Part shown: positions 8,735 to 17,705 of the stretch, in pieces
Numbering within the stretch: the stretch's first letter is position 1
Layout of the letters: every line of letters starts with the position of its first letter
Assembly: GCA_946628455.1 (NCBI GenBank)
Contig: CAMOWP010000001.1
Coordinates: 1 to 34,238, forward strand
Direction: 5' to 3'
Source of the DNA: an uncultured Clostridia bacterium
GTDB taxonomy: Bacteria; Bacillota; Clostridia; Oscillospirales; Acutalibacteraceae
Length of the DNA stretch: 34,238 bases
Translations under genes and position numbers: made by a program
The notes under the pieces: generated by a model
Told to the model about the DNA's origin: nothing
What the model saw: the letters and a program-made list of their open reading frames with translations, nothing else
The model's database searches: none

Positions 8735-9883
8735 TCAGTAGCCGAACACTGCTTCGGCTTTTTCCATATTCATTCTTATTTCAACCTCAAACGGGCATCT
8801 CGTTTCGCACGCTCCGCATTTTATGCATTCGCCCGCGTGGTGTGACAGCGCTTTGTAATGCTCCCTTACCGTTTCAGGTAGCTCGCTTCCCGCCGTTGCA
8901 AGGTTGAGGAATTTTGTAACGTCCGCAACGCTTATTTCAACGGGGCAGGGAGCGCAGTGGCTGCAGTACATACAGTGCCCGCTCCAGCTTATTTTCGGGA
9001 AGGAGGACAGCGCCGCGGCGTAATCCTTTTCCTCCTCGGCTGCCGTTTCGTATTTCAGGGAGGCGTTAAGCTGCTCAACGCTGTGAGCTCCTGCAAGAAC
9101 GCAGGCAACCGCAGGGCGGGTGAGCGCGTAATGAATGCATTGCTCCGCCGTAAGCGCTACCCCTGCGGGAGAGAGCTCCGCGCTGAGTAAATCGCCGCCC
9201 GCAAAGCATTTCATAACCGTTATTCCAACCCCCGTGCTCTGGCAAAGCTCGTAAAGCCTCTGCCTGTCAGGGTCCATATTTTCATAAGTGTTGGTATATG
9301 TTTCGTCAGCCCATAAATCCTCCACGTTTTCGCTCGGCGGCTGAAGGTCGTAAACGGGGTTAACACTGAACATCAGCACCTCAATATCTCCCGTTTTAAC
9401 TGCCTCAATTGCTACAAGCGGATTGTGCGAGCTCAGCCCGATGTGGCGGATTTTGCCCTGCGCCTTAAGCTCCTTTGCGTAGTCGAGAATTCCGTTGTCA
9501 ATTATTTTCTGCCAGTCGCTCAGAGAATCGCAGTAATGAATCATACCAACGTCTATGTAATCAGTCTGAAAAAGCCTTAGGCTCTCTTCAAAGCCTTTCT
9601 TTACCTCGTCAAGGTTTCTTGTTCTGAGATACTGATTATTCTTCCAAACCGAGCAGATGTGAGATTGAATATAAAACTTTTCGCGCCTGCCGCTGAGCGC
9701 CTTGCCTATCGCTGCTCTCATCTCAGGGTCTGAAGCATAAACGTCAAAATAATTTACGCCCGCCTTCTCTGCTTCGTCAAGCAGCGCGTATGTCATTTCG
9801 TAATTATTTTCGGCAAAGCCCTCGCAGCCAAGCCCTATTTCGCTGACTGAAAGCCCCGTGCTTCCAAGCTGTCTGTAATTCAT
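8735..9883 (-). CDS. Aldo/keto reductase with C-terminal 4Fe-4S dicluster domain
   Basis: YRQLGSTGLSVSEIGLG, TDYIDVGMIH, GKIRHIGLSSH; CMYCSHCAPCP and CIKCGACETRCP. Confidence 0.9.
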   Translation of the reverse strand: MNYRQLGSTGLSVSEIGLGCEGFAENNYEMTYALLDEAEKAGVNYFDVYASDPEMRAAIGKALSGRREKFYIQSHICSVWKNNQYLRTRNLDEVKKGFEESLRLFQTDYIDVGMIHYCDSLSDWQKIIDNGILDYAKELKAQGKIRHIGLSSHNPLVAIEAVKTGDIEVLMFSVNPVYDLQPPSENVEDLWADETYTNTYENMDPDRQRLYELCQSTGVGITVMKCFAGGDLLSAELSPAGVALTAEQCIHYALTRPAVACVLAGAHSVEQLNASLKYETAAEEEKDYAAALSSFPKISWSGHCMYCSHCAPCPVEISVADVTKFLNLATAGSELPETVREHYKALSHHAGECIKCGACETRCPFEVEIRMNMEKAEAVFGY

Positions 9884-9961
9884 ATTTTCCCCTTAGTAAT
9901 TCAGCGAGCCGAGTCGTTTATCAAGACAATTGTCAGTATTGTCGCCCTCCCGCTTTTGTAA

Positions 9962-11323
9962 TTATAAAGTAACTCCGTTTTTGAAAATTGCAATTTCCCT
10001 GAAGCCGTTTATTTCGTTTTTCGTTTCTTTTCCGTTTACTGTTTCAACAATCAGGCTTAATAATTCGCCGTCCGTCTGCGATTGCGAATCAAAGTCAATC
10101 CAGCCTCTTTTCTTTTCTGCAAGGGCGGAATTTGTTGCAATTTTAACAGTCGGCACGGGTGCGCCGAGCGGCGTTCCTCTTCCCGTTGTAAAAAGAATGA
10201 TGTTGCAGGAGGCGGCGGTAAGATTAGTTATTGCAACTATGTCGTTTCCCGGGCCCGAAAGAAGGCTCAGCCCGCTCTCCTTAACCGCTTCACCGATTCC
10301 GAGAACGCCCGAAATCTCAGCCGTTCCGCCCTTCTGAACGCAGCCGAGCGATTTTTCCTCAAGCGTTGTTATTCCGCCCTCCCTGTTGCCCGGGGAGGGG
10401 TTTTCGCTGATTGGCTGGTTGTATGAGATATAATAATCCTTAAAGCCGTTTATCATATCGACTGCTTTATCAAATATCTCCTTCGTTTTGCAGCGGTTAA
10501 GCAGAAGCTGCTCCGCGCCGAACATCTCGGGAACCTCGGTCAAAACGCAGGAGGCGCCCATTGAAACAAGCCTGTCGCACAGCCTGCCAACCTGCGGGTT
10601 AGCGGTTATGCCAGAAAGTCCGTCGCTTCCGCCGCATTTGAGCCCTATAGCAAGCCTTGAAATCGGCACAGCCTCGCGCTTGTCAGCCGCAGCGTTTTTC
10701 CTGAGGGCGTTCACAATTTTTATACCCTCTGAAATTTCATCCTCGCAGTCCTGCGCGTTGAGGAACTTAACTCTTTTTTCGTCATAATCACCGAGCACGC
10801 CTTTGAGCTCTGAAATATTATTGTTTTCGCAACCGAGCCCGAGCACAAGCACGCCGCCTGCGTTAGGGTGCTTAATCAGCGCGCAGAGCGTTTTTTGCGT
10901 AAAAAGCAAATCGTCGCCGAGCTGCGAGCAGCCATAAGGGTGAGCAAAGCAGAACGCGCCCGTCTCGTTTGCTATTTTTTCAGCGATTTTATTAACGCAG
11001 CCTACTGTAGGAATAATCCATACATCGTTTCTTATTCCGATTCTTCCGTTGTCTCTGACATATGCCGAAACCGTTATCGGCTCAGCCTTTTCGGCGCTTT
11101 TGCCTGACGGATTATATGAATATTCCTGTTTCGCGCAAAGCGCAGTTTTTAAGTTGTGGGAGTGAATATGCTCTCCCTTTTTTATGTCGCTTGTTGCAAC
11201 GCCGACAGGGAAGCCGTATTTAATTACAGCCTCTCCCTTTTTAATATCCCGCCTTGCGTATTTGTGGCCGTTTTCAAGGTTAATTTCGGCGTTATCGTCA
11301 GGGTGAATTACAAAGTTGCCCAT
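9962..11323 (-). CDS. uxaA: Altronate dehydratase (SAF + GD_AH domains)
   Basis: GHKYA..IKKGE..IKYG SAF domain, HPYGCSQLG, LGLGCENN, KCGGSDGLSGITANP, GGITTLEEKSLG, TTGRGTP. Confidence 0.92.
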   Translation of the reverse strand: MGNFVIHPDDNAEINLENGHKYARRDIKKGEAVIKYGFPVGVATSDIKKGEHIHSHNLKTALCAKQEYSYNPSGKSAEKAEPITVSAYVRDNGRIGIRNDVWIIPTVGCVNKIAEKIANETGAFCFAHPYGCSQLGDDLLFTQKTLCALIKHPNAGGVLVLGLGCENNNISELKGVLGDYDEKRVKFLNAQDCEDEISEGIKIVNALRKNAAADKREAVPISRLAIGLKCGGSDGLSGITANPQVGRLCDRLVSMGASCVLTEVPEMFGAEQLLLNRCKTKEIFDKAVDMINGFKDYYISYNQPISENPSPGNREGGITTLEEKSLGCVQKGGTAEISGVLGIGEAVKESGLSLLSGPGNDIVAITNLTAASCNIILFTTGRGTPLGAPVPTVKIATNSALAEKKRGWIDFDSQSQTDGELLSLIVETVNGKETKNEINGFREIAIFKNGVTL

Positions 11324-12618
11324 TTTACAGCCTCTCTGATTTTTCCGTTTTCAATCATTTCATATGCTTTTTCAAACTCGCTTTTCATCGGTGTTATGTC
11401 GTATCCGAAAAGCGGGCTGCTTATAATTTCTTCAAGGTTGCTTTCCCTGATGAAGGAAATGTTCTTTTCCCCGTCGCTCGGGTCGTAGCTTTTATAGTAG
11501 TAAATCAGCGCCGCAAGCGAAACCGCAACAACTCTCGGATATGCGCCGAAGCGGCTTTTGTATTCCTCAGCCGCGGCAAGCACGCGCACGGAAAACTTGC
11601 TTACGGAATTCAGCGCAATTGATTTGAGCTGATGCTTTATAAAAGGATTTTTAAAGCGCTCAAGAACAGCCTCGGCAAAGGCTTTGTTCTCCTTGCTGTG
11701 GCTTAGGGTCGGCAAGGCGCAGTCATAAAGATAGTGCTTTAAAAACGGGAAAATTTCCGAATCGCTCATACATTCGCCAACCGTTTCAAGCCCCGAGAGC
11801 AGGGCGGGAAAAACGGTTACCGTGTGCGCTCCGTTCAAAAGCGTTACCTTCATTTTTTTGAGCGGCTTTATATCGTTTGTCCAGATAACGTTGAAGCCCG
11901 CTTTTTTCAGCGGAAGCTCGCTTTCAAAATCGCCCTCAATCGCCCAGAGATGGTATGGCTCCGCCGTATCAAGAAGTGCGTCGCCACTGCAGATTTCGTC
12001 AGCCTCCTCCTTCGGGAAGCCTGTAACAATCCTGTCAACCAGTGTGTTGCAGAAGGCGTTTTCATTTTCAATCCATTTTGCAAAGCCACCCTCAAGCTCC
12101 CAGTCCCGCGCGTGCTTTAAAACGTATGCCTTAAGCTTGTCGGCGTTACTGTCAATAAGCTCGCACGGCAGGATAACAAAGCCTCCGAGCCCCGCCTTGT
12201 ATCTTTCAAAAAGAAGCTGAGTAAGCTTAGCGGGGAAGGATAGAGCAGGCCTGTCCTCAAACGAGCAGCCCGCGTTATATTCAATTCCCGCCTCCGTTGT
12301 GTTTGAAATAATGAAGCGGAAATCGGGGCTGTGAGCAAGGCTGAGGTAATCCTCAAATTCCTCATAAGGGTTAATGCAGCGGCTTATGCAGCTTATTTCC
12401 CTGAGGCTGTTTACCTCTTCTCCGCCTGAAATCCCGCGTGTAACAAGGTGGTAGCGGCAATTTTGCTTTCTGAATTTGTCAAGATTTCCTCTCGGGGTAG
12501 GCTTAACAATAACAGCCCTGCCGTCGTAAAATCCTTTTTTATTTAAATCGTCAAGAAAATAATCTGCAAAGGCTCTTAAAAAGTTGCCTTCGCCAAACTG
12601 AATAACGGTTTCCTTCAT
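11308..12618 (-). CDS. uxaB: Tagaturonate reductase (altronate oxidoreductase)
   Basis: IQFGEGNFLRAF, SNTTEAGI, LPCELI, TLVDRIVTG, LLNGAHT, ERFKNPFI. Start set at ATG 12618 below GAAAGGAA. Confidence 0.92.
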   Translation of the reverse strand: MKETVIQFGEGNFLRAFADYFLDDLNKKGFYDGRAVIVKPTPRGNLDKFRKQNCRYHLVTRGISGGEEVNSLREISCISRCINPYEEFEDYLSLAHSPDFRFIISNTTEAGIEYNAGCSFEDRPALSFPAKLTQLLFERYKAGLGGFVILPCELIDSNADKLKAYVLKHARDWELEGGFAKWIENENAFCNTLVDRIVTGFPKEEADEICSGDALLDTAEPYHLWAIEGDFESELPLKKAGFNVIWTNDIKPLKKMKVTLLNGAHTVTVFPALLSGLETVGECMSDSEIFPFLKHYLYDCALPTLSHSKENKAFAEAVLERFKNPFIKHQLKSIALNSVSKFSVRVLAAAEEYKSRFGAYPRVVAVSLAALIYYYKSYDPSDGEKNISFIRESNLEEIISSPLFGYDITPMKSEFEKAYEMIENGKIREAVKWATL

Positions 12619-12653
12619 ATCTGTTTTCCTTTCGGTTTCTATGCTTATTATAC

Positions 12654-12688
12654 AAAAAACGCTCAATACAATCAATATGTATTGAGCG
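12654..12688 (-). terminator. Terminator hairpin overlapping the uxaB promoter
   Basis: CGCTCAATACA / TGTATTGAGCG inverted repeat plus T-run on the minus strand; TTGATT-17-TATAAT promoter overlaps it. Confidence 0.65.
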
Positions 12689-12699
12689 AGTTATTAATC

Positions 12700-13209
12700 T
12701 TATTTTGAAACGAAAAGAGTCAGAGTTACGTCTTTGTTTTTAAGAAGCGCCTCAAGCTCGGCCTGCTTCAGACCTTTGATTTTGCCGAGCCTTGTATAGC
12801 TCCAGGAATTTGAGCCGTAAAAAATGACTATCTTGTCTCCGGAATATAAAACGATGTCGCCCGCTTCAGTGGTGGTCTGCTTATCGTTTGACGGAAGGGA
12901 GCTTCCAATTTCGCCAACCTGCTCAAACCCGCCGTAGCCTGACATATTTATGCTCATCCCGCCGTCAGAAGCAAGCTCCCTGAGGGCGGACACGCTTTCG
13001 TTATCCTCCCATTCTGTTTCAATTTCTGTGTCTCCGATTTTAAGCTTAAGTTCAGTCATTTCCTTATTCTCCGTAATTTCAGAAGTTTCGCTGACAGAGG
13101 TTGTGCTGTCAGCAGTCGTTTCCGTTTTGCTGCCGTCCTCTTTTGCGCTGCACGAAGCGAAGCATAGCGCCAAAAGAGCAATCAGCGCAACAACCTGTGC
13201 GTTTCTCAT
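12700..13209 (-). CDS. Cyclophilin-like fold lipoprotein
   Basis: Signal peptide with FASC lipobox, Ser/Thr-rich linker, YGGFEQVG and AGDIVLYSG..IVIFYG...YTRLG motifs. Confidence 0.8.
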   Translation of the reverse strand: MRNAQVVALIALLALCFASCSAKEDGSKTETTADSTTSVSETSEITENKEMTELKLKIGDTEIETEWEDNESVSALRELASDGGMSINMSGYGGFEQVGEIGSSLPSNDKQTTTEAGDIVLYSGDKIVIFYGSNSWSYTRLGKIKGLKQAELEALLKNKDVTLTLFVSK

Positions 13210-14204
13210 ACAAGGTATTCTCCGAAGAATTCTTCAAGCTTATCAAACGGAATTGCGTTGCTGCTTCCGCCGTCGTATAAATCGGTGTGAACAGCGCCTT
13301 CAATAACAAGAAGCTCTTTATTATCTGAATATTTATTTCCGTTAATCATATTTTCATATGCGTCCTTGCCGAAATAGAAGGAATGCGCCTTGTCTCCGTG
13401 CATAACGAGGACTGCGCTTCTGATTTCGTTGCTGTACTGTAAAATAGGCTGATTGATAAAGGATTCACAGCCGATAACGTTCCAGCCGCCGTTTGAATTG
13501 AGTGAACGCTTGTGGTAGCCGCGTTCGGTCTTGTAGTAATCGTAGTAATCCTTAACGAAGAAGGGCGCATCCTTGGGAAGCGGGTCAACAACTCCTCCGC
13601 CGAGCTTGTATTCGCCGTTTCTCAAATCCTCAAGCCTCTGGGCGCACATCGCTTTTTTAGCTTCGTAACGCGCTTCCTCGCTGTCTGCGCTGTCAAAATA
13701 ACCCTTTGCGTTGACTCTTGTCATATCGTACATCGTTGAGGCAACGGTTGCCTTGATTCTTGTGTCAAGCGCCGCGGCATTTATTGCCATTCCGCCCCAG
13801 CCGCAGATTCCGATAATGCCGATTCTGTTTTCGTCAACCCTGTCGTTGAGCGAAAGAAAATCAACCGCAGCCATAAAGTCCTCGGTGTTGATATCGGGAG
13901 ACGCCATATATCTTACGTTACCGCCGCTCTCGCCTGTAAACGACGGGTCAAATGCGATTGTGAGGAAACCGCGCTCAGCCATATTCTGAGCGTAAAGACC
14001 CGAGCACTGTTCCTTGACTGCGCCGAAGGGACCGCACACTGCAATTGCGGGGAGCTTGCCCTCTTTATCCTTAGGAACGTACATATCCGCAGCGAGAGTT
14101 ATTCCGTAGCGGTTGATGAAGGTTACCTTTGAATGCTCAACCTTGTCGCTTTTCGGAAATGTTTTGTCCCACTGTGCCGTAAGCTTTAAATCTTCTTTTT
14201 TCAT
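13206..14204 (-). CDS. Alpha/beta hydrolase (YcjY-like, Cys nucleophile)
   Basis: GPFGAVKEQ, FDPSFTGESGG, GICGWGG, H.DLYD motifs. Confidence 0.85.
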   Translation of the reverse strand: MKKEDLKLTAQWDKTFPKSDKVEHSKVTFINRYGITLAADMYVPKDKEGKLPAIAVCGPFGAVKEQCSGLYAQNMAERGFLTIAFDPSFTGESGGNVRYMASPDINTEDFMAAVDFLSLNDRVDENRIGIIGICGWGGMAINAAALDTRIKATVASTMYDMTRVNAKGYFDSADSEEARYEAKKAMCAQRLEDLRNGEYKLGGGVVDPLPKDAPFFVKDYYDYYKTERGYHKRSLNSNGGWNVIGCESFINQPILQYSNEIRSAVLVMHGDKAHSFYFGKDAYENMINGNKYSDNKELLVIEGAVHTDLYDGGSSNAIPFDKLEEFFGEYLV

Positions 14205-14286
14205 AATCTGCCTCCGTAGTTAAAAATGATAATGCTATTTTATCATATTGTAATTGGTTTTGCAAATTGTTATAATATGCTTGGTG

Positions 14287-15234
14287 ATGAAAATGAAAAT
14301 TAACAGAGAAATCGCGCTTGAGGGCGCAGTGTTAAAGGCTGTATCGCCGCTGCCAAGTGAAAGGGTACAGCGTTTAATCGGTCCGCTTTCAACTAAGGCT
14401 ATGAGCCTCTGGCGGCTTAAGCGGCTGAACTGCAAAAAGGAAAAAATAACCCGCAAGGACGGCAGTGCGTTTCGCGTTTGCATTTTCAGAGGCAAGAAAG
14501 CGGAGGGGAAAACGGTCGGCGTTCTCTGGCTTCACGGCGGCGGCTACGCAATCGCGGGGCCCGAGATGGTCTGCCTGTCCTTTCCGAGGCATTTAATCAA
14601 TAACTGCAACTGCGTTGTTGTTGCGCCTGATTACACGCTTTCAACAATCAAGCCTTATCCTGCCGCGCTTGAGGACGCGTATCTGACTCTTGAATGGCTT
14701 AAGGAAAACAGAGAGCGCCTCGGCATTGATTATGAAAAAATCGCAGTAGGCGGGGAGAGCGCCGGCGGAGGCCTGACGGCTGCTCTTTGCCTTTATGCAA
14801 GGGATAAGGGCGATGGCTGCATAGGCTTTCAGATGCCGCTTTACCCGATGCTTGACGACAGAGTAACCGAAACCTCGTATAACAACACAGCTCCCGTCTG
14901 GAACACAAAGGCGAATAAAGCCGCGTGGCGGATTTATCTCGGCGACAGCGTTATGAATAATTCCGCACCGAAATATGCCGCCCCTGCAAGGGAAACGGAT
15001 TTTTCACACCTTCCTCCCGCCGTTTCAGTAATCGGAACAGCCGAGCCGTTTTACGCCGAAACCAAGGCGTTTTTTGAAAGGCTCGGGGAGCAGGGCACAG
15101 AAGCGCAGCTCAGAGAGTTTGAGGGTGCGTATCACGCGTTTGATATGCTCGCGCCCTATGCAAAAATAAGCAGGGAGGCAAACGCTTTTCTGCTTGAAAA
15201 ATACGAAGAATTTTCAGAAAAATATATAAAATAA
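14287..15234 (+). CDS. Esterase/lipase, HSL family alpha/beta hydrolase
   Basis: HGGG oxyanion motif, GESAGG, YPMLDDR, GAYHAFD. Start uncertain (ATG 14287 or 14293). Confidence 0.88.
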   Translation: MKMKINREIALEGAVLKAVSPLPSERVQRLIGPLSTKAMSLWRLKRLNCKKEKITRKDGSAFRVCIFRGKKAEGKTVGVLWLHGGGYAIAGPEMVCLSFPRHLINNCNCVVVAPDYTLSTIKPYPAALEDAYLTLEWLKENRERLGIDYEKIAVGGESAGGGLTAALCLYARDKGDGCIGFQMPLYPMLDDRVTETSYNNTAPVWNTKANKAAWRIYLGDSVMNNSAPKYAAPARETDFSHLPPAVSVIGTAEPFYAETKAFFERLGEQGTEAQLREFEGAYHAFDMLAPYAKISREANAFLLEKYEEFSEKYIK

Positions 15235-15238
15235 AACC

Positions 15239-15269
15239 AATGCGCCAAGGAAAGCCTCGGCGCATTTTT
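15239..15269. terminator. Terminator between convergent genes
   Basis: AATGCGCC(A)AGG-AAAG-CCT(C)GGCGCATT followed by TTT. Confidence 0.7.
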
Positions 15270-15270
15270 C

Positions 15271-17544
15271 TTATCTGCATAAAATTATATTCAGCTTTTC
15301 AGCATCTCCGTAAATTCTGTAATCTGTGATTTTGCCGTTTTTCCATTCAATGTCAGCAGTAACTCCGCCCCTTGCGGCAATGCCCTTTATTCTGCCGCTT
15401 TGCCACTTATCGGGAAGGGCGGGGAGAAGGTAAACGCTTTCTCCGTCAGACTGCAGCAGCATTTCGCACATACCGCTTAAAACGCCGAAATTTCCGTCAA
15501 TCTGAAACGGCGGGTGAGCGTCAAAAAGATTTGCATAAACGCCGCCGTGGTGGTGCTTTGCGTTCTTCGGGGTAACGAGCCTGAGCAGGTTGTCAACAAG
15601 GCTCAGCGCGCGGTTGCCGTCAAGCAGCCTTGCCCAAAAGTTAACCTTCCACGCGAGGCTCCAGCCCGTTCCGTCGTCTCCTCTTAGCTCAAGCGTTTTT
15701 CTGCACGCCTCAAAAAGCTCCGCGTCATCCTTAGTTATCAGCCCCGCGGGGTGAAGCGCGTAGAGATGGGATACGTGGCGGTGGTGAGGCTCTGTTTCCT
15801 TAAGCTCCTCGTTCCATTCAAGAATCGCGCCGTTTTTGCCGATTTCAAGCGGCTTTATGCGTTTGATGCTCTCGCAGATGTCGCTGTAAAAAGCGTCGTT
15901 TATTCCAAGCGCTTCGCAGCTTTTTTTGCAGTTCATAAAAAGGTCAAGCACAATGCTGTTCATCATCGCCGTGCTCTTAGCAACTGAGGAGGCTGAAAGC
16001 CCTGAAACAAACTTGTTTTCGGGCGAGGTGGCGGGGCAGATGATAAGGCTCTTGTCAACGTCCTCAATGAGCGTGTCAAGGTAAAACTCAGCCGCCTTTT
16101 TCATAATCGGAAAGGCTGTTTCCCTGAGATATTCCCTGTCAAGCGTGTATTCGTAAATTTCAAAAAGTGCTCTGCAAAGCCAGCCTGAGCCGCCCTGCCA
16201 GTATGCCCAGCTTGCGCTTCCCTGTACGGGAGCGCAGTGTCCCCATATATCCGTGTTGTGGTGAACAACGAAGCCGCGCGCGTTGTAAAACGCCTTCGCA
16301 GTTGCCTTGCCCGCAATACAAAGCCCCTTCATAAGCTCAACGTAGGGCTGCATAAGCTCCCTCATATTGCAGGGAAGAACGCCCCAGTAGTTCATTTCCG
16401 TGTTGATGTTCACTGTGTAATTTGAATTCCAGGGCGGCTTTATGCTGTTGCTCCATATGCCCTGCAGGTTGGTTGCAAGGCTGCCCTCGCGCGAGGAGGC
16501 AATCAGCAGGTAACGCCCGTAATTGAACAGCAGAGCATAAAGGCTCAAATCGCTTTTATTCTCGCTGAAGCGCTCTATCCTTTCGTCAGTCGGAGCGGGA
16601 GCGCCGCCGGCGGTTTCAAGCTCAAGGCTTACTCTGTTATAAAGCACGGTGTAATCCGCGATATGCCTTTCAAGCAGCCTGTCAAAGCCGAGAGCCATCG
16701 CGCTCTTTACCGTTTCAAGGCAGGCGTTTTTATATTCTCTGCCCTCGGTTGCGGGGCGCTTGTCAAAGCCGTTGTAGCTTGTTTTAACCGTGAAATAAAT
16801 AACTGCGTATGTTGCGCCTTCAACGGAAAGCGCAGCGCCGTTTTCGGTAACCTTTCCGTCTGTTTCAATGCTCAGCGCACCGCGGAATAAAACGCCCTTC
16901 TCCTCAGCCTTGTCTGAATAAATCAGGCTGTTGCAGGGATATTTCGGGCTTTTTGTGTCTGCGTCCGACGGGCATTCGCCGTCGGTGATAATCATATTGC
17001 TTTCAGCCCTGATATCCGATTTGAGCGGGCAGGTGATTTCAGCAGAAAATGAAAACTTTTCCCCGTTTTCGCTCTCCGTTTTATATGCGAGAACGCCGTC
17101 GGGCTTTGAGATAAAGGCAGTTTTTATAAATCTAACCGAATCTGCCTCAAAAGAATTTGAAAGAACGGCGTTTCTTAAATCAAGCGTGCGCTCATAGCTT
17201 TTATATTTATCTGCAGAAAAGGTGAGCTTTATATCTCCGAAGGGCATATACGCCTGGCTCCAGCAGGTGAAGAAATTCTTTTCAAGCTCCTTTTCGGCGC
17301 TTTTGTATTTACCGCTCAGGGCGAGCTGCTGCGCCTTTTTATACGCCTCAAACGCGCCGTCTCTTGTTACGTCGGCAGGGTGCCCCGTCCAGAGAGTGTC
17401 ATGGTTAACGGAGATTAAATCCTCCCCAACCGTGCTGTAAAGCATTGCCCCGAGCGAGCCGTTACCGAGCGGAAGCGCCTCCTCCCATATATCCGCAGGA
17501 GCAGTGTAGTATAACATATCAGTGCTGCTGTAATTCTTTATCAT
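15271..17544 (-). CDS. Glycoside hydrolase family 95 (alpha-L-fucosidase / alpha-L-galactosidase)
   Basis: WEEALPLGNG, YGRYLLIASSR, NLQGIW, NINTEMNYW, HRHVSHLY, GTGWSLAWK, HPPFQIDGNFG; no signal peptide. Confidence 0.95.
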   Translation of the reverse strand: MIKNYSSTDMLYYTAPADIWEEALPLGNGSLGAMLYSTVGEDLISVNHDTLWTGHPADVTRDGAFEAYKKAQQLALSGKYKSAEKELEKNFFTCWSQAYMPFGDIKLTFSADKYKSYERTLDLRNAVLSNSFEADSVRFIKTAFISKPDGVLAYKTESENGEKFSFSAEITCPLKSDIRAESNMIITDGECPSDADTKSPKYPCNSLIYSDKAEEKGVLFRGALSIETDGKVTENGAALSVEGATYAVIYFTVKTSYNGFDKRPATEGREYKNACLETVKSAMALGFDRLLERHIADYTVLYNRVSLELETAGGAPAPTDERIERFSENKSDLSLYALLFNYGRYLLIASSREGSLATNLQGIWSNSIKPPWNSNYTVNINTEMNYWGVLPCNMRELMQPYVELMKGLCIAGKATAKAFYNARGFVVHHNTDIWGHCAPVQGSASWAYWQGGSGWLCRALFEIYEYTLDREYLRETAFPIMKKAAEFYLDTLIEDVDKSLIICPATSPENKFVSGLSASSVAKSTAMMNSIVLDLFMNCKKSCEALGINDAFYSDICESIKRIKPLEIGKNGAILEWNEELKETEPHHRHVSHLYALHPAGLITKDDAELFEACRKTLELRGDDGTGWSLAWKVNFWARLLDGNRALSLVDNLLRLVTPKNAKHHHGGVYANLFDAHPPFQIDGNFGVLSGMCEMLLQSDGESVYLLPALPDKWQSGRIKGIAARGGVTADIEWKNGKITDYRIYGDAEKLNIILCR

Positions 17545-17705
17545 ATCATATCACCAAAGCTCTTATTTTTATGCTTTAATAATATCATAGAACTGCGTTT
17601 ATGGCAATATAATAAAGTGTATATATAATTTATATTGCATTATTGAAAATCGCTGTTATAATAACATTTAAGGGAATAAGAAATAATATGAAACGGGACA
17701 GAAAA

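Noticed and set aside
17630-17670. Possible Fur box upstream of feoB
   Set aside because: Only a partial ATTGAAAATC match in AT-rich DNA, with no convincing palindrome.
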